Of a stretch of 64,000 nt of DNA, positions 8,088-22,300 are shown piece after piece. Both the position numbers and the translations under genes were made by a program. Origin of the DNA: Oculina patagonica (lineage: Eukaryota); contig NC_135759.1 of NCBI RefSeq assembly GCF_052425735.1, positions 13,144,001 through 13,208,000 on the forward strand. Reading direction: 5' to 3'. The notes under the pieces are model-generated. The model saw only the letters and a program-made list of their open reading frames with translations, was not told where the DNA came from and searched no databases. Position 1 is the stretch's first letter; each line of letters starts with the position of its first letter.

Positions 8088-9753
8088 GAAGGATCGCAAT
8101 CTTGCGTTTCATTGAGTTATGTATTTCCTTATAGCTTCTTAGATTAAAACTAACTGAAAATATATGTAATAATCATAAATCCGTGCCATTCAGATACAAT
8201 TTTCAAGTACACATAATTATCATATAAATATTTGAAAACAGAATGCGTCTTTTTGGAACAGACGGCCTTCCGAGTTTCCCAAGATTTGCCCGCCATCTCA
8301 GTCGTTTTGTTTGTTTTAATTATGTTCATATTTCAAAGCCGTTACTCATCTTTCTTAGGTCAGTGAGCGAGCGATGAGAGCGCGCGAGCACGAGTGCGGA
8401 AGGAGCGAAGAAAAAAATATACTCGCCTGTGGACTCCTTTGGGGAAAAGTACGCTTTTGGTCCTTTAGTCTTCTTTGGTTAATTAAGTTGTATGCTTATT
8501 CAATACTCGATGTATTTTTGGCCATGCAAATAAAGCTACTTGTTGTTGTTGTAGCCTCTGCTCTCGATATCTTAAATGATCAAAATATAAAACAACAACC
8601 ATATGGTGTCACGTGTGTTTATTAAAGTGCAGTATGTCATGGAAACAAAAAGTTTCAACAGATTCGTCAAACAAACGCTCCATAACTAAATGAATACAAG
8701 CATTACGATTCAAACTGTCCGGTTGTCCTACAGTTACTGATTCCTTTCGTCCCACCTTCTACTCTATAACGTTCGTGCTCGTTCTATTTCCCTTTTTTTT
8801 TTTCGCCAACTCGACAATATTGTAAGAGAAAATATAAGGTCTGTGAACAAACTACAGTGTTTTGGTCGTTAATCTGGTTAATTTTGATATCGACTTAAGA
8901 TTTAAATTTTGTGAATGTTGACTTTAAACTTTTAAGACGGAATCCACTAGGAAGTCGAGTATATTTATTAAAGTTGGACAAAAATCAATTTCCAGAATAA
9001 TTTAAATCCTATTGCGTTATTTTCTACCCTATAAAAGGTAAATTAATTTCCGTCCCACAACAATTCAGAGTTAGAAATGATACAAAGGAGGAAAAATCTC
9101 ACGTGTGCCATTTCCAGCAAGTGGACGGACAATGTGTTCATGTTCGGGAAAAAAGTATGTGGTCTCCAGTAGAAATGTTGTCAGGGGCGCCTTGCGAAGT
9201 GGAAGCGGACCAAATGTTTTGTAAAGATTCTCGAAAGATTGAAGCGTAACAAAAAGCTGCATCAGGTGTAATGTTTTGTACATATTTTGTCCATAACTAC
9301 TCGAAGTCCTGGCGGATTTCCTCTTAAACCAATATTGTAATCTTAGTTATCGTTATTTGTATTAATTCAATTTTAGTTATTAGTTACCATTCTTGTAACT
9401 CGCATTTGAACAAGCCTTGGCCTGGAGTTTGCGCTTTATAATTCTTTTTATTATTTTTATTTAGTATTATTTAAACTTGATAATCTTTCTTGCAAGGTCG
9501 GCTTAATAACAAACACACTGCAGGCGGTACCTGTCCAGGGAAAGCAAAACAAAAACTTCAAATACAGTGTTTGCATATTTCGAAAACGGAAAGGGGACAA
9601 AGCAAAAATTTGATAACGAAAATTCTCCGTTTTTTCTTCCGAATTTGAGCATTTTTTTAGCGTGAGGTAATCAAAGAGTTTTTATTTTATTTATTTGCCT
9701 TTAAATTTATACAGTAAGAAGAAAGATTTTTCTTTTAAATCATTGAAATTGAA

Positions 9754-11854
9754 ATGTTCACAATTCGGCGGACTAAGTTCTTTACATATGACAAGCTCTT
9801 GCTAATGTCGCTGATTTTAATTATTTTCGCATTGGCAATTGTTATTCCTGTATTTAATGGAACATCAAGAGAAACTCACTCTTCCCAAAAGTGGAAAGTT
9901 ATTTTATTCTACACCACGATATTCAGTGTCCGCCCAACATCAGTGTGGCCAGCAACATCTCTCCAAACGTGTAAAGTTCCTTGGTGTATTATATCTGATG
10001 ACAAACAATTACTGCCTGAAAGTGACGCAGTGATTTTCCATGGTAGAGACATGCCAGATGTACTGCCTAAGGTACGATCGACCAATCAGCGCTGGGTTTA
10101 TTTCGTTCAAGAAAATCCCCATTACACTTCACCTAAGCCCTCCAAGTATAACGGAGTATTTAATTGGACAATGACATACAAACGGTCATCAGACGTGTGG
10201 GTGCCTTACGGCGGCTACAGGAGAATTAAAAACACTTCATTGCTCAGCAGCCACGCCTCTGTACAGCAGGTGGGTTCCCACTTATTTCGTTTTATCCTTT
10301 ATAGTGGACGTTTTCCCGTGAGTCGCGGTTAGAAGTCTAGGCTCGAGTATTGCGGTATTATTTTCTCTCACGCAATGTCTCTCTATTTACTTGTGCCTAA
10401 CGCTATCTACTGATAAATCACAATACAGTGGAAAGCGTAGTTTGTTTTGTCAACACTTATTCACTGTGTACAGTGATTTATCCGGTGGTTAGCCTTATCC
10501 ACCTTTTGAACATCCGGGGCCAGATGTGTAAATAGGTACTGGGAAATCGTTGAAGCATTCTGATAAATTAAACCTGGAAATAATCTACGATGTACTAGCA
10601 TGCCATCCAGGCCCCAGTTGTTCAAAAGATGGATAACGCTATCCATCGGATCGATCACTATCCAATGGATAGCTTAGTTTGCTTTTGTCAACACTTATCC
10701 ACTGGATAGTGATCTATCCAGTGGATAGCATTATCTACCCTTTTAACAACTGGGCCTAGGGGGATAAGCAATACCCGTACCCCAGGTTGGTAGTTATCCC
10801 CCTATACCGGTATATAAGCAATATCACAAGCCGCTTAATTAATAAGGCGCCACTAACTTCCCACACCTCAACCACTCTCCTTTAGACTTTTATCTCTATC
10901 TCTAGTAATTTGATAACGGAAAGTCGTGGCTTATGATTTCAAAAGGACAGACCATACAAGGCTAACCGACGACGTAGTATGATTAACTGCCTGGTTAGGG
11001 AGGGGGAGGGTGAGGTCGACATTACCATTAGTAATTATCTTCGGTATGACACACTTTAGCTGGCCAGGTAGTTATTTTTTTCAGGTAACTACGTCTTTCA
11101 CTAGTAAATAGTTGGATCTTATGGAGAACTACATTTGTTGGAGTTTGATGGAATTGCAATATTTGCGGCCTGGAATTTAGGAAACATGCAAAATATATTA
11201 TAAAGAAAAATCTTCATTTCCTAGTTATAATGTATGGCATTTGCTTCGTTATGTCTAGAAAGAAACGTTTCAGCCGAGAAGACCAGACTGGTGGCCTGGG
11301 CGTCAAGCCACTGCTCATCACCGGCATTTCTCCGTGAGCAGTATGTGGAACAGCTTCAGCTCGACATTCCTGTCGACATATTTGGTAAATGCAATCCCAA
11401 TGCTCCTATGTGTCCTCGAGGGAGCAAACACTGCGATGCACTGTTGAGGACATACAAGTTTTATTTAGCATTTGAAAACGGATTCTGCGAAGACTACATC
11501 ACAGAAAAGTACTGGGAACAAGCTTTAGAACATGACATGGTTCCGGTGGTTATGGGTGGAGCTGATTACAATGAACTGGTGATTCCACAATCTTATATTA
11601 ATGTGCTTGACTTTTCTTCTGCCATAAATCTGACATCATATTTAAAAGCTCTTGATAGAAACAGTTCCGCTTATAACGAATATTTCCACTGGAAGAGAAA
11701 GTACGAAACTGAACCGACAGCACCGCTATGCAAACTGTGCGAAATGTTGCATAACCAGTCTTTGCCAAGCAAAGTACACTGGGATTTAGGGAGCTTCTGG
11801 GGGGTAAAAGAGAATTGTATGCGACATTCAAAATCGATAAATGATCAAATTTGA
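9754..11854 (+). CDS. Alpha-(1,3)-fucosyltransferase (GT10 family), type II membrane protein; exons about 9754-10269 and about 11259-11854
   Basis: N-terminal TM, SDAVIFH and ENP...FNWTMTYKRSSDVWVPYG in exon 1. Fucosyltransferase motif YKFYLAFENGFCEDYITEKYW and VPVVMG...P.SYINV.DF in exon 2. Exact junction unresolved. Confidence 0.85.
10608..10757. mobile_element. Palindromic MITE in the FUT intron (a degenerate second copy lies at about 10400-10522)
   Basis: TIR-like ends GGCCCCAGTTGTTCAAAAG...CTTTTAACAACTGGGCC, with internal TGGATA/TATCCA repeats. Confidence 0.65.
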
Positions 11855-11873
11855 TCCAGTTGTAACAAGTTAA

Positions 11874-12099
11874 CGACAACGCCCAACGACAGGATACCCA
11901 AAGTTGCCAGGAGATGGACTCGAACTGGAAGGAGGAAAACGGGTAGACCAGAAACCACCTGGCGGAGGACTGTGCAGAAAGAGCTGGGTCTATCATGGGG
12001 AGAAAAACCAGCCAAAGCTCAGGACAGGGTTGGGTGGGGAATTATTATTGCGGCCTAATGTCCCCGACGGGACGAAGAGCTTTGGTGTTAGTTAGTTAG
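11874..12099 (+). mobile_element. 5'-truncated RTE-clade LINE with (TTAG)n tail and 13-bp TSD
   Basis: Degenerate RTE C-terminus (IPKVA..WT..GRR..GRP.TTWRRTV.KE..LSWGE...AQDR..W). TGTAACAAGTTAA duplicated at 11861-11873 and 12100-12112. Confidence 0.85.
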
Positions 12100-13314
12100 T
12101 GTAACAAGTTAAAAGTGAAAGTTCCATTATTTGCATGAAAGTTGTAGACATTGCGCGATGATAGCGTTGTACTATGACAGAGGGAGATATCAACAACATT
12201 ACATAAGTCCTTGATTTATGATTTGCCCAGATCTTACCTTGAGAACAGCAATGAACTTAGAAAAATGGCAAATAAATAAATAAACAACATAGGACGTTTT
12301 CCTGTGCATTTAATTTTTTTACCCTGGCACGAACTTCTTCGCATAATTAAATTCAATCATGAACCTTACTTAAATAGAATTAACTTTGAGTTTAATTTCC
12401 CTAGTAATTTTACAATCTTTATACTACTCTCTTCTGTAGCGATATGCGACAGAGATAATAAACCTTTGATCGCAAATCAGTTGATGTTCACTTCTCAGAC
12501 TGATGTGCTGTTATATAATTTATTATAAATAATGAATCTAATACATGTTCATGTCTCTACAATCAACCTAGTTTCTTTTCTGAACTTGAATGGGCTAAGA
12601 ACAAAACACGTACAACTATTAAATCTGTAATATAGTTAAGACAGTTCTTGGGCTAAATTCTTTTTACAGGGCTCGCACTTACTTTCAAACTATTGTTGAA
12701 TTGAAATAATCTACAAAAGATAAAGCTGTACCAAAGGACTGAAAAACCTCAATTCTGAAAGAGCGGGCTTGAGAGAACCTTTAACTAACAATTGTAGGTC
12801 AAGGCGGAAACTCATAAGGGAATTGAAATATGTCATACAGCTTTACTGATTTCATTTCAAAAGCATCATGTTAAAAGAGGCTGGATCTAGCCTTCTTTCG
12901 ATAACTGTCGTATAACATTACAGGTTTTTATATTTCAATATGTTATTTGGCAACTTGAAACTTCTGGTACTAAATAGAATGAAACAAAAAGCACTTACAA
13001 ATTTCAAGCCCAAAATGAGTCAACCAGATACGCGCTATTTCGGAAAAAATGTTTAAAAATTTAAACCAGAATTCAAGGTTATATTAGTTTATAAAATACT
13101 CCTTTCTCGGGTGTTTAAAACCGATTGTCTCTTACAGAAAGCCTGAAGTTAGTAAACCTCATCAGTACTCAATACTACTCATATATTTTAATAGAGATAG
13201 GTCAACATATTCAAATTCTAACTTGGTTCCGAGATTTAGTGGATTTAGCTAGTTTGAGTTCGGGTTTTCAAAATTAGCCCTTGTTATTTACATTTCTACA
13301 TATTTTAAAACATT

Positions 13315-16300
13315 TCATTCCAAAGCTTTCAAATAATTTGACGGCGCCCAGCCAGACTTGCCTCCAATCTTTACTAGCCACCAGCCTCCTTGATCCATCT
13401 CCAGCACTTCCATTCGATCACCTTCCTTGAAGCTTATGCACTCTTTATCACCTTCATCAGTATATGCTGCTACTGCGACATAAACTGTTTTCGTATTTTG
13501 CTGTTGTCCACCCTTTGGAGGATTTGGTCTCGCTGGTCTCTGTGGTAATGTTGGTTTTGAATTCACTGTTTCTAGGTACGAAGCCGGTGCCCAGCCCTCG
13601 TTACCATCTTTTGTCTTGACAAGCCACCAACCACTATTGGAATCCTCTAAAAACTCAAATTCGTCTCCCTTGCAGAATGACAAACCTTCGCCGTCATCAG
13701 AGGAGAACGACTCCAAGGCTTTGCAAAGCGTTTTGGGTTTTCCAGGAACAGAAGTTGTTGTTGTTAGCGATGGTTTTGGTGGCACTTCGACATTCTTCGT
13801 GCGCGGTTTTACTTGAGGTTTAACCGGACGATCAGGTTTCTTGGGTACAGCATTCGGTAAAGACGTAGGCGTTTTGACTGCAGTTTTAACAGCAGGTAAC
13901 GGTGGCTTAATACGCTGCGACAGCGCGTCACTTACAGCCTTTACCTGCTGAGTCGACACAACTTCCGGTCTTCGTTTTGAGGTTGGCTTTACACCCGTGG
14001 GGGCCACTGGTCTCGGAGGCGCTGCAGACTTCTTATCCGCATTGGAAGCAAGATAGCTTGACGGCGCCCAGCCTTCTCTGTCTTGTATTCTTACAAATGA
14101 CCATCCATCTTGATTTTTCTCTATTAAATGTGCTATTTGTCCTTCTTTGAATGAAATACTCCCCTCGAAATTATCCTCATAATCTGCCAAAGTGACAAAC
14201 GTTTCGTGAACTTCTGAGATTTTATCAGGGACAGACACTGACGATTTAGCAATGTTTGGTGAGGTATTTGAAGCAAGAAGTACTCTCTTTGAATCGATTT
14301 GTTTTGGAGGCTCGCGTTGTTTTGCTAAGGAAGCGACTTTTTCAGGTGTTTTCTCCTTGCCCCTTTTACCAAGGTATGAGGAAGGTATCCAACCTTCTTT
14401 ACCTCCGATTTTTCCCAGCCACCATCCATTTGGAGCCTTGTCAACAACCTCCACTGACACACCCTCTGTAAAGTTTAAGGCCCCTTCGATGCCCAGAGAA
14501 CGAAAGTCATTAAGGGTGAAATATTCCACTTCAGGTGACTTCGGAGTAAGGGAGTCACCTAATGCCACGGTTCGCTCGTATGACATATTTGTAATGTGTA
14601 CTGGCAACTTCTTCTTAACCTAAAAAAGAATCAGAAAGAGTAAGTCAAAATAGCTCGTGGCTGTTCCATGGTGGGATAGTACCGATCGATCTTCAACCGT
14701 GGACAAACGGAGTTTCAAGCCATAAAGTTTCGAATTTATTCAATTAACCTCCGTGTAGACCTGAGCTATGGCCAAACAGATTCGCCTGATTAGTCAGTTT
14801 GCAAACCATACACGGTCAATATATTTCAAAAATTTGCTTTTCATTGGAGACTTACCGAACTCTTTCTTGGAGGCACTTTCCGAGCTTTCGGTTCCGTTCT
14901 GTTCGAATCTGTTCAGCAAGTGCAAAAACAAAGAAAACAAATAGTTTTATTCGCACGACTGGGGACACCTGAAAAAAACCTTGAAAACACTCCTAGACTT
15001 CAACAGGAATCAAAGCTGATATTGATTCAATGTTCTACTCATTGAGCTATAAAGCCATCGGGAACTGCAGCTCAATAACAAATTCAACTGATTTATCTGC
15101 TACACTGTATATCATTGTGCAGAGTGTGATGAAATAAATGAGATAAATCGACTGATTGAAGAAAGTAACCGAAAGTAACCGGCCTGTCACGGGGTGTCTA
15201 AAATGTATTTACCAGTAGGTTTAGCAGCACTCTGCACACTGCTCACTTGACTTAAATCTTTCTCTCTTGCTAATGATGCTGTGCCATGGCGTATACCGTG
15301 AAGTTGAGAAGGGTCAGGTTTTTTCAGGTACATGGCAGGTGCCCATCCTTCACGATTCTGGTAACTGGAGGAAGGAACAATAAGAACATGAGCCCGGGAC
15401 ATGAGGCAGAAAGCTCGAGTTAAGTTTGATTAATTGCTGGATTGCTTATGATAAAAAATTACCGGGTTATACTCCTGACCACCAGTACTGTAATACTATT
15501 GGCTTTGAGAACAAGCACCAGTCACTATGATATCAGATTCCATTGACTATGTGTTCATAACATTGGGACGGACGGATGGAGGTCGAATGTGCTGATTGGC
15601 CCGACAATGCATCACTATTGATAGGACTTACCGAATAAGCCACCAACCATCAAAGTTTTTCTCTAGCACAGTCACCAACACACCGACTTCAAATGAAATT
15701 TCATCATCAAGCTCAGCTTTGTAATTTGTCGTTGTGATCAATCTCTCTAACAAATACGTGAAGACAGAAATTAAAATTAGAAACAGAAAAAATTTAGACG
15801 GGAAATGAGGGTTTATTTACTATGTATACTAAGATTCAACACAGCAAACCAAGTGTATATTGTAAAGCGTTTGATATGAAGCAATGAACAGCGCAGTTGT
15901 GAAGTAATTGCTTAGAAGCCTGGGAAATATTCGGCACTTCAACGGAATTAGAACTCTCCGTGTTCAAAACACTTCACTTCATTGGTCTACATTAATTGGG
16001 GGTCATTCTTTGTAATTCTTTGATTTCTTTTATCTGCAGTTAATATGGGAACATTTCAGTAAACATTAAAATCTAATAAGACTGAGTAAACTTTCAGTTT
16101 CTAGGTTCGCGACAAATTTTTCTGCTTTTCTGTCATGTAAACGTCATCCACGATAGCCAAACAGATCAGAGTACAAAAAGAGCAGCAAACCATTGTGTGG
16201 ATATGTTTTGACCAAAACAGCGGCACTTGCAGCTCCCCTGTACCAAACAGTCATTATAAATGATTTGACACATCACTTAACTTTTGTTTCGAGTTATTTG

Positions 16301-19300
16301 TGGTAACTGCAAAAGTTATGCTCAGGGACAATCGCTTGGTAAAGAGTGCAACCAAAGGTGTATTAATATACAAAGGTCACCTCCTGATTGAAGTGGCTGA
16401 TTTTTAAACTCATCTGTATCGCCATCCTCATTCTCAAGATAAGCTGCTGGAACCCAGCCCTGCTCTTCATCCACATTAACAAACCACCATCCTGAAATAG
16501 AACACAAAAATATTTTAATTGCATGCAATAAAATCAGACAACTTCCCGGTAATTATTGATATGGGAAGTGGCACATTCATAAAACAATTGAACAAACAAA
16601 CAAAAAGAGCCATCATGCGGAATCATAGATGTTAACATTTACATAGTCAGTAAATAGTTTGGAACTGAATACTGCTCTTTAAAAGTGTGAAAAGCACACA
16701 GAGTTTCCAGAAAGGCACTTGAGGTGCTTCAGAGAGAGACAAGCATGTATTTCATCTTTAATCCTCATCAGGATTTAACACATACTTCACACACACACAC
16801 ATAACCTGAATTGAATAGAGCTTGACAGAAATATAATATTAGCTGTACCATTCTCATTTTTGTCAATAACTTCCACTATATCTCCTGCCACCATATTGAC
16901 TTCATTTCTGTTCTGTTTCTTGTAGTCTGCAATGGCTACATACTGCTCCAGCAAGACGGGCCCAGTGATATGGTCAGCTGTTAAAAAAGGTCAAACAACA
17001 CAAGTCATAATGCAGAGTTGTACAACTTAATAAGTAATATTATCTTTTTTTTTTTATCCAACTCTGCTTCGTATAGTAAAAATAATGCACGAAACGAGAA
17101 CAAATATCTCACAATATTTGTACTAGTCTCATTCCCCCCAACCGCGTGAAAGGTTATAAAATGTGGCAAGTCAGCATTTTAGGGAAAGAAATTGTTGGAT
17201 AATAAATCTCTTATTACACATTTCAGTGTGTATAAGTATCACTGTATATTTTTACTCAATATTCATATTTTGACTCGTAAAAATAAACAGCGATAGTACA
17301 CACCATTACAAAATGTCTAATGGTTTCCCCAAAAATATAATGTAAATTTTTTTTAAATAAATGACACTCCCACTGTTTTCAGCTTAATACTTAACTATAT
17401 TGATGGCCTTTACCCTAATGGGGGAAACGGGCCATGGTTTGCTCAATAAGCTCTTAAAAATGATTAACATGACTGTTACACAAACATCTCCAAACCCTTA
17501 AGAGTTTTCAAATACGGTATGTCACATAATGTGATGACATGTATGTTTCTCTGATAAATACATGTTCTTGTTGGTGTCCATGACATTTTATACCTGAATC
17601 CTTTTCCTTCTTTTTCTTGTCTTTCCTACATAAAAAGACATATACACTAGTTAACATTTGGAGGTTTACAACATCTAGTAGATGAACAATGTATAATGCA
17701 TGATTCAATATCAATCTTTTTCAGATACAACACTTGTCCCTGACTTTTTCTCTGTGTATACCCCACTAGGGAATGTCTTCACAAGCTACCACCTGCCAGT
17801 TTCTTGTTTCAGTGTTGGTTTACAATGACCCTGACCATTACAGGGGAGGAGTCAATAATAAATGGCTTTTATTTATTTAACTTTACCAGAAGTCAATTAT
17901 ACATTATGCAGGGTGTGACAGGGGGAAAGAATAAGATCATAGCCCTTTCAGTTCCAAGTGATTAATAATACTGATCATTAATTCATGTTTAAATTTTAAC
18001 TCATTTAAATTTAAGTTAAGATGAAGGCACACCCCAACCTCAATTATAATTTGTGACTAACTTACTCCTTAGGAGGAAGGTCTATGTCCTCTGACTGTGG
18101 CTCAAAAAATTTCACAACAATATCACAAGTTGATATCTTGGGTGGCAATGAGATAAGATCCTGGAAGTTAATAACATTAATACCTAGATGAACCAAAATA
18201 CACAGAGTGAAGAGAATGCCACCTCAAACTACGCTTAGTCTAAGGATTCTAGAACATGCACTTCTTAGAAAATAGCCCTATTCTGTTACCACCATTACAT
18301 CTAAGCTGCATGGTCCCCAAAATATTTCCTTTTCCAGTTTTTGAAGAGGAATACAAGTAAGGTAAACTTCCAACTTGCCACTAAACCTGCAAACACAAAC
18401 TGAAGTTTTTAACTTTTCTAACCTTGCAATATTCACTGATGGGTTCCTTCCTTCGCAAAGCCACATCTCGCACATGGCTTCTTCCAAAGATAATTTTACC
18501 TGCACATTGAAACAAACTGAAATCTTCACCACAGGCACACAGAAATGGTTTGTTTAGTAAAGACTTAACAGTATAAGACACTGTCCTAAAACAGTCAAAA
18601 TCATAAACGTCAAGAAACTTGATTGTACTTGACTTTCCAGCTGGCCACGTGACTTAAAATTGCACCAAAAAAGGATTAAGACTTGAAGTGAGATAGAACA
18701 ATTACTAACTTCAGTTCCATTTCTGCTGTTTTCACTTTTGCCAATCACAACAAATCAAAAGCGTGAAGCAAACATTTGCAGCTGGGGCCAAACACTTGCC
18801 TATGGTCATCTATAAAAACTTAATCAGTCACAAATGGGTTTTGGTTTGCCTGCACTGATTGATTAAAAAAGTATGAAATGCTCTGATTGGTGAAAGCATG
18901 TTATATTGGGGTTTAGAAACCAATTAATTAAAACATGGCTTGTCAGCAAATGAAAACCAAAGCGAACTTATGACTGAAAATTTTGGACAGGACAAAAGGA
19001 CAACCTATAACAATCTGAAAACAAATTAACAAAGGAAAAAACAATAACAATAACTGGATTAGCTCACATTTTGTGGAAAAGAAAAGGTTAAAAAGTAAGA
19101 CAGAGTAACAGAGACAAATCTTTTTATTAACAGTGGAACCCTCTATGCCTTGGAGTTTTATAAATCTGCGATCCAGCGAGCCATGCGAGCCACGGTGTGA
19201 GCCATGCGAGCCAGGCGAGCCACTCAAGGCTGATTTTTACGTCTGTTACGCTGCTGTAAGTGTAAATGTATCACTGTATGATAGTGTTGCCCCAACCAAC

Positions 19301-22300
19301 ATTAAGAGCCAACCGCAAGCAAACGGGTGGAACTAACCGCAAGCAAAATAAAGTGGAGCTAACCGCAAACAAAGCTGACAATCCAGCCCACAATTCCAAC
19401 TCGACAATTTAATTTGAAATCCAAGACCAATCAAAGCAAAGCGTACGTAGTTATTCGGTAATATTCGCTGTTTCCTTCGGCATTGTTTACCATTATCCAA
19501 TCAGCGCAGAGCAAACAGCGTGACGGTTGCTCACTGGAACACTAAATCACGTCCCCGGTTTCGGGTCGCTTCGAAAGCTGCATTTCTCGAAAATTATTCG
19601 GCGGTTAGCGCTTGGATTTTGAATGGATTTTCGATTGAAAGCGCCAAGAAGAAGCTTCAACCTTTCAGTTTACCTGGTGTTTGATCAGGAAGCCTGGCGA
19701 TTCCGATTTCTGGCTGAAAATCGGCTTGGCACTGGAGCGGTCGAAATCGAGCTTTCCACCCTTGTTTTCTTCTTTATGTGAAGCAACAGTCAACGCAAAA
19801 CCCTCCAAATCGCCCAAATTCGCCATTTTGAGCCGCAGAAATGACAAAATACAACAATTGAGGTAGGTTTACGTTTATTTTGAACTTTACATAGACATTA
19901 CTCAAAATAAGTTAACGATAATAAGACGCTTTCAAAATCCTTATACATTTCTTTATATTTCAAACATACAAACAGTCACACCGCTTGTATGGGCCCCCTG
20001 TGTTACTAAGCAGCTAAGTTCGAAGCATGTATGATGGAATGATGTTAACCTCGAGCGAATTTACGTCTTATATTAGCAAGAAAACGTACCTCTTTACTCG
20101 AAGATTGTGCCAAGGAGCATAAACAACATTTAAACATTTAAATTCTGTAAGAAGAACTGTCCTTAAATTGATCGTCGCATCTTTTCAACTCTCCAACTCA
20201 TGGTGCGTCAAGATTATAACCGAGTGTTTTTGGACAATTACAACAAAGTTGCCAAGTTTGGGGTGCGTCTTATAGCCGAGTGCGCCTTATAACCTAATAA
20301 GTATGGTATTTTTATAATTTTATTAGTCATGGCTTGCATGCCTCACATGGCTTGCATGGTGGCTCGCAGATTATGGAGACCCTATGCCTTGCAGCCACAT
20401 TGTTAAATTATGCGAACATCTCCCATTGATGCCCACTTTTTGGCTAAAACAGTAGCTCAGTCTGCATTACTGTTACGGTATCCCATATCAACTGGTCCAC
20501 AAGTAAATATGGTAAGAATGCAAAGTTCTTAGGTCCACAGTTGTGAGATCACACAAGTTTAAAAGACCACTATGCAAATAAATCTGTACTTAAACAGATT
20601 TTTTAAAGTTGTATAAAATTATAATGTTGTGATTTAAATTTATCTCTGCTTTAAAATTTTTCAAACCAGTTTGTTTTTAGTTTTCAATATCTCATATTCA
20701 TTTTCATAATCTGGTTTGAAAAAAGTAAGTAAACCAAAGATAAATTTAAACGTATATATGAACATTGAAGTTAATTAGGCTATAATGTGGTACTGGTAAA
20801 CTGACATACAGAAATTATACCAAACTGAACTGTACCTGGTAAAAATGGTAAAATCCTTTTAGAAGGATCTTTCACACCACTCTCATCTGGGAACTCTTCT
20901 AAAAGCTTGGTCTGTTAAAACAAGAGTATAAAAGAATACTAAACTACCATTAGGCTCAATTTACAACTAGAGGATTACACTGACTCAGTTGCATCGGTCA
21001 TTGTGAGTTAGCGGTTCATGCAAGCCTTTCTGGTTAACTTAATAACACATAAGTTAGCCCAGATAGCACTCAGGTAAGTCTACAGTTAGCTAAGGTAGCT
21101 TGCAGTTAGCTATTATACTGGGATTAGGGACTTTTAGCTCGCATGGCTCACTGGCTGGCAGATTGTACACACAGTCTCAGTGTTAGTGCTAGTACCGGTA
21201 ACTGATGAGTTGACAACCGGTAGATATCCCCTACATATGTGTACATGAAACAGGATGTATTTTAACTGGCCATATTAAAACTGCTTAGTACAAGCTTCGA
21301 TAGCTTCTGTACTACAGAGTGTTGCAAGTTAGTGTGATCTTAAATTGCAAATTGGTATTACATGCAGGCGCGGATCCAGATTGGTTTCCACCGTTTTACG
21401 GAAGTCCGTCAGAATTAAAAACTAAAAAATTTCCGGGAAAGCATACCCCCCGGTCACCCTAGAAGCTTGCGCCTTCGGCGCTCGTTTAGGAAATCAGTCA
21501 CTATTTCTTCTATATAGATCTGCGCCTGACGTGTAAGGTTGTCCTGGGTCCCTGTACCTACAGTTTGTGATTTACAAATGCACCAATCCCAAGCCTGATG
21601 CCATCCCCAAGACACATTTGTATTCTTAGTTAATGATACACACCTGTAGGTCAAAAAACTTGCTGTATCTTCTATAAACAACATTAACACTTCCATCTGA
21701 CCAAGTGACATTTATGACATACACCTACAAAGAAAATAACTATTGTTGTATCAAACTGACCAACAATCAACTGTTACATTTGAGAAATATACAGGTTTGC
21801 ACATGCTTACATAGCCTAATGCAAGTAAGACAAGAATAAATGGGCCACAACTCAAAAGCTTGTGTGAACCACATCCTTAGACATTGACGTACTCAAGAAC
21901 TTTTATGTGCATGTTTCCAATCATCACTAAAACAATTGCACAACTTTGGTTATGTGAGGCATATTTATACACACTTAGCCTGTTTGGCTAGAAATCCAGT
22001 AATCACTGGTGGAACACAATCATGTGCATGTTGCTCTTAAAAAGGGAAAATTATTCTTCATTTTTAGTTTTAAAAAACATAAAATTGTAGGTTTTAGACA
22101 TCAGTGCGTTAGCATCATATTTAGTAACTAACTAGGTTGGCATAGAGTGTCTACTAAAACTTTACAATAAAACTACCCACTTTAATTTTCTATGAGCCAT
22201 AGTTAAGTTGGCTACATCTCAGGCTTGTAGAAAATCTCAACATAATAGCAACTTTGCAATCACAATTGACCAGGGCCATACCTAGCATTTTTTGTCTGCG

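Noticed and set aside
11904-12095. 63-aa ORF
   Set aside because: Off-frame reading of the RTE LINE fragment.
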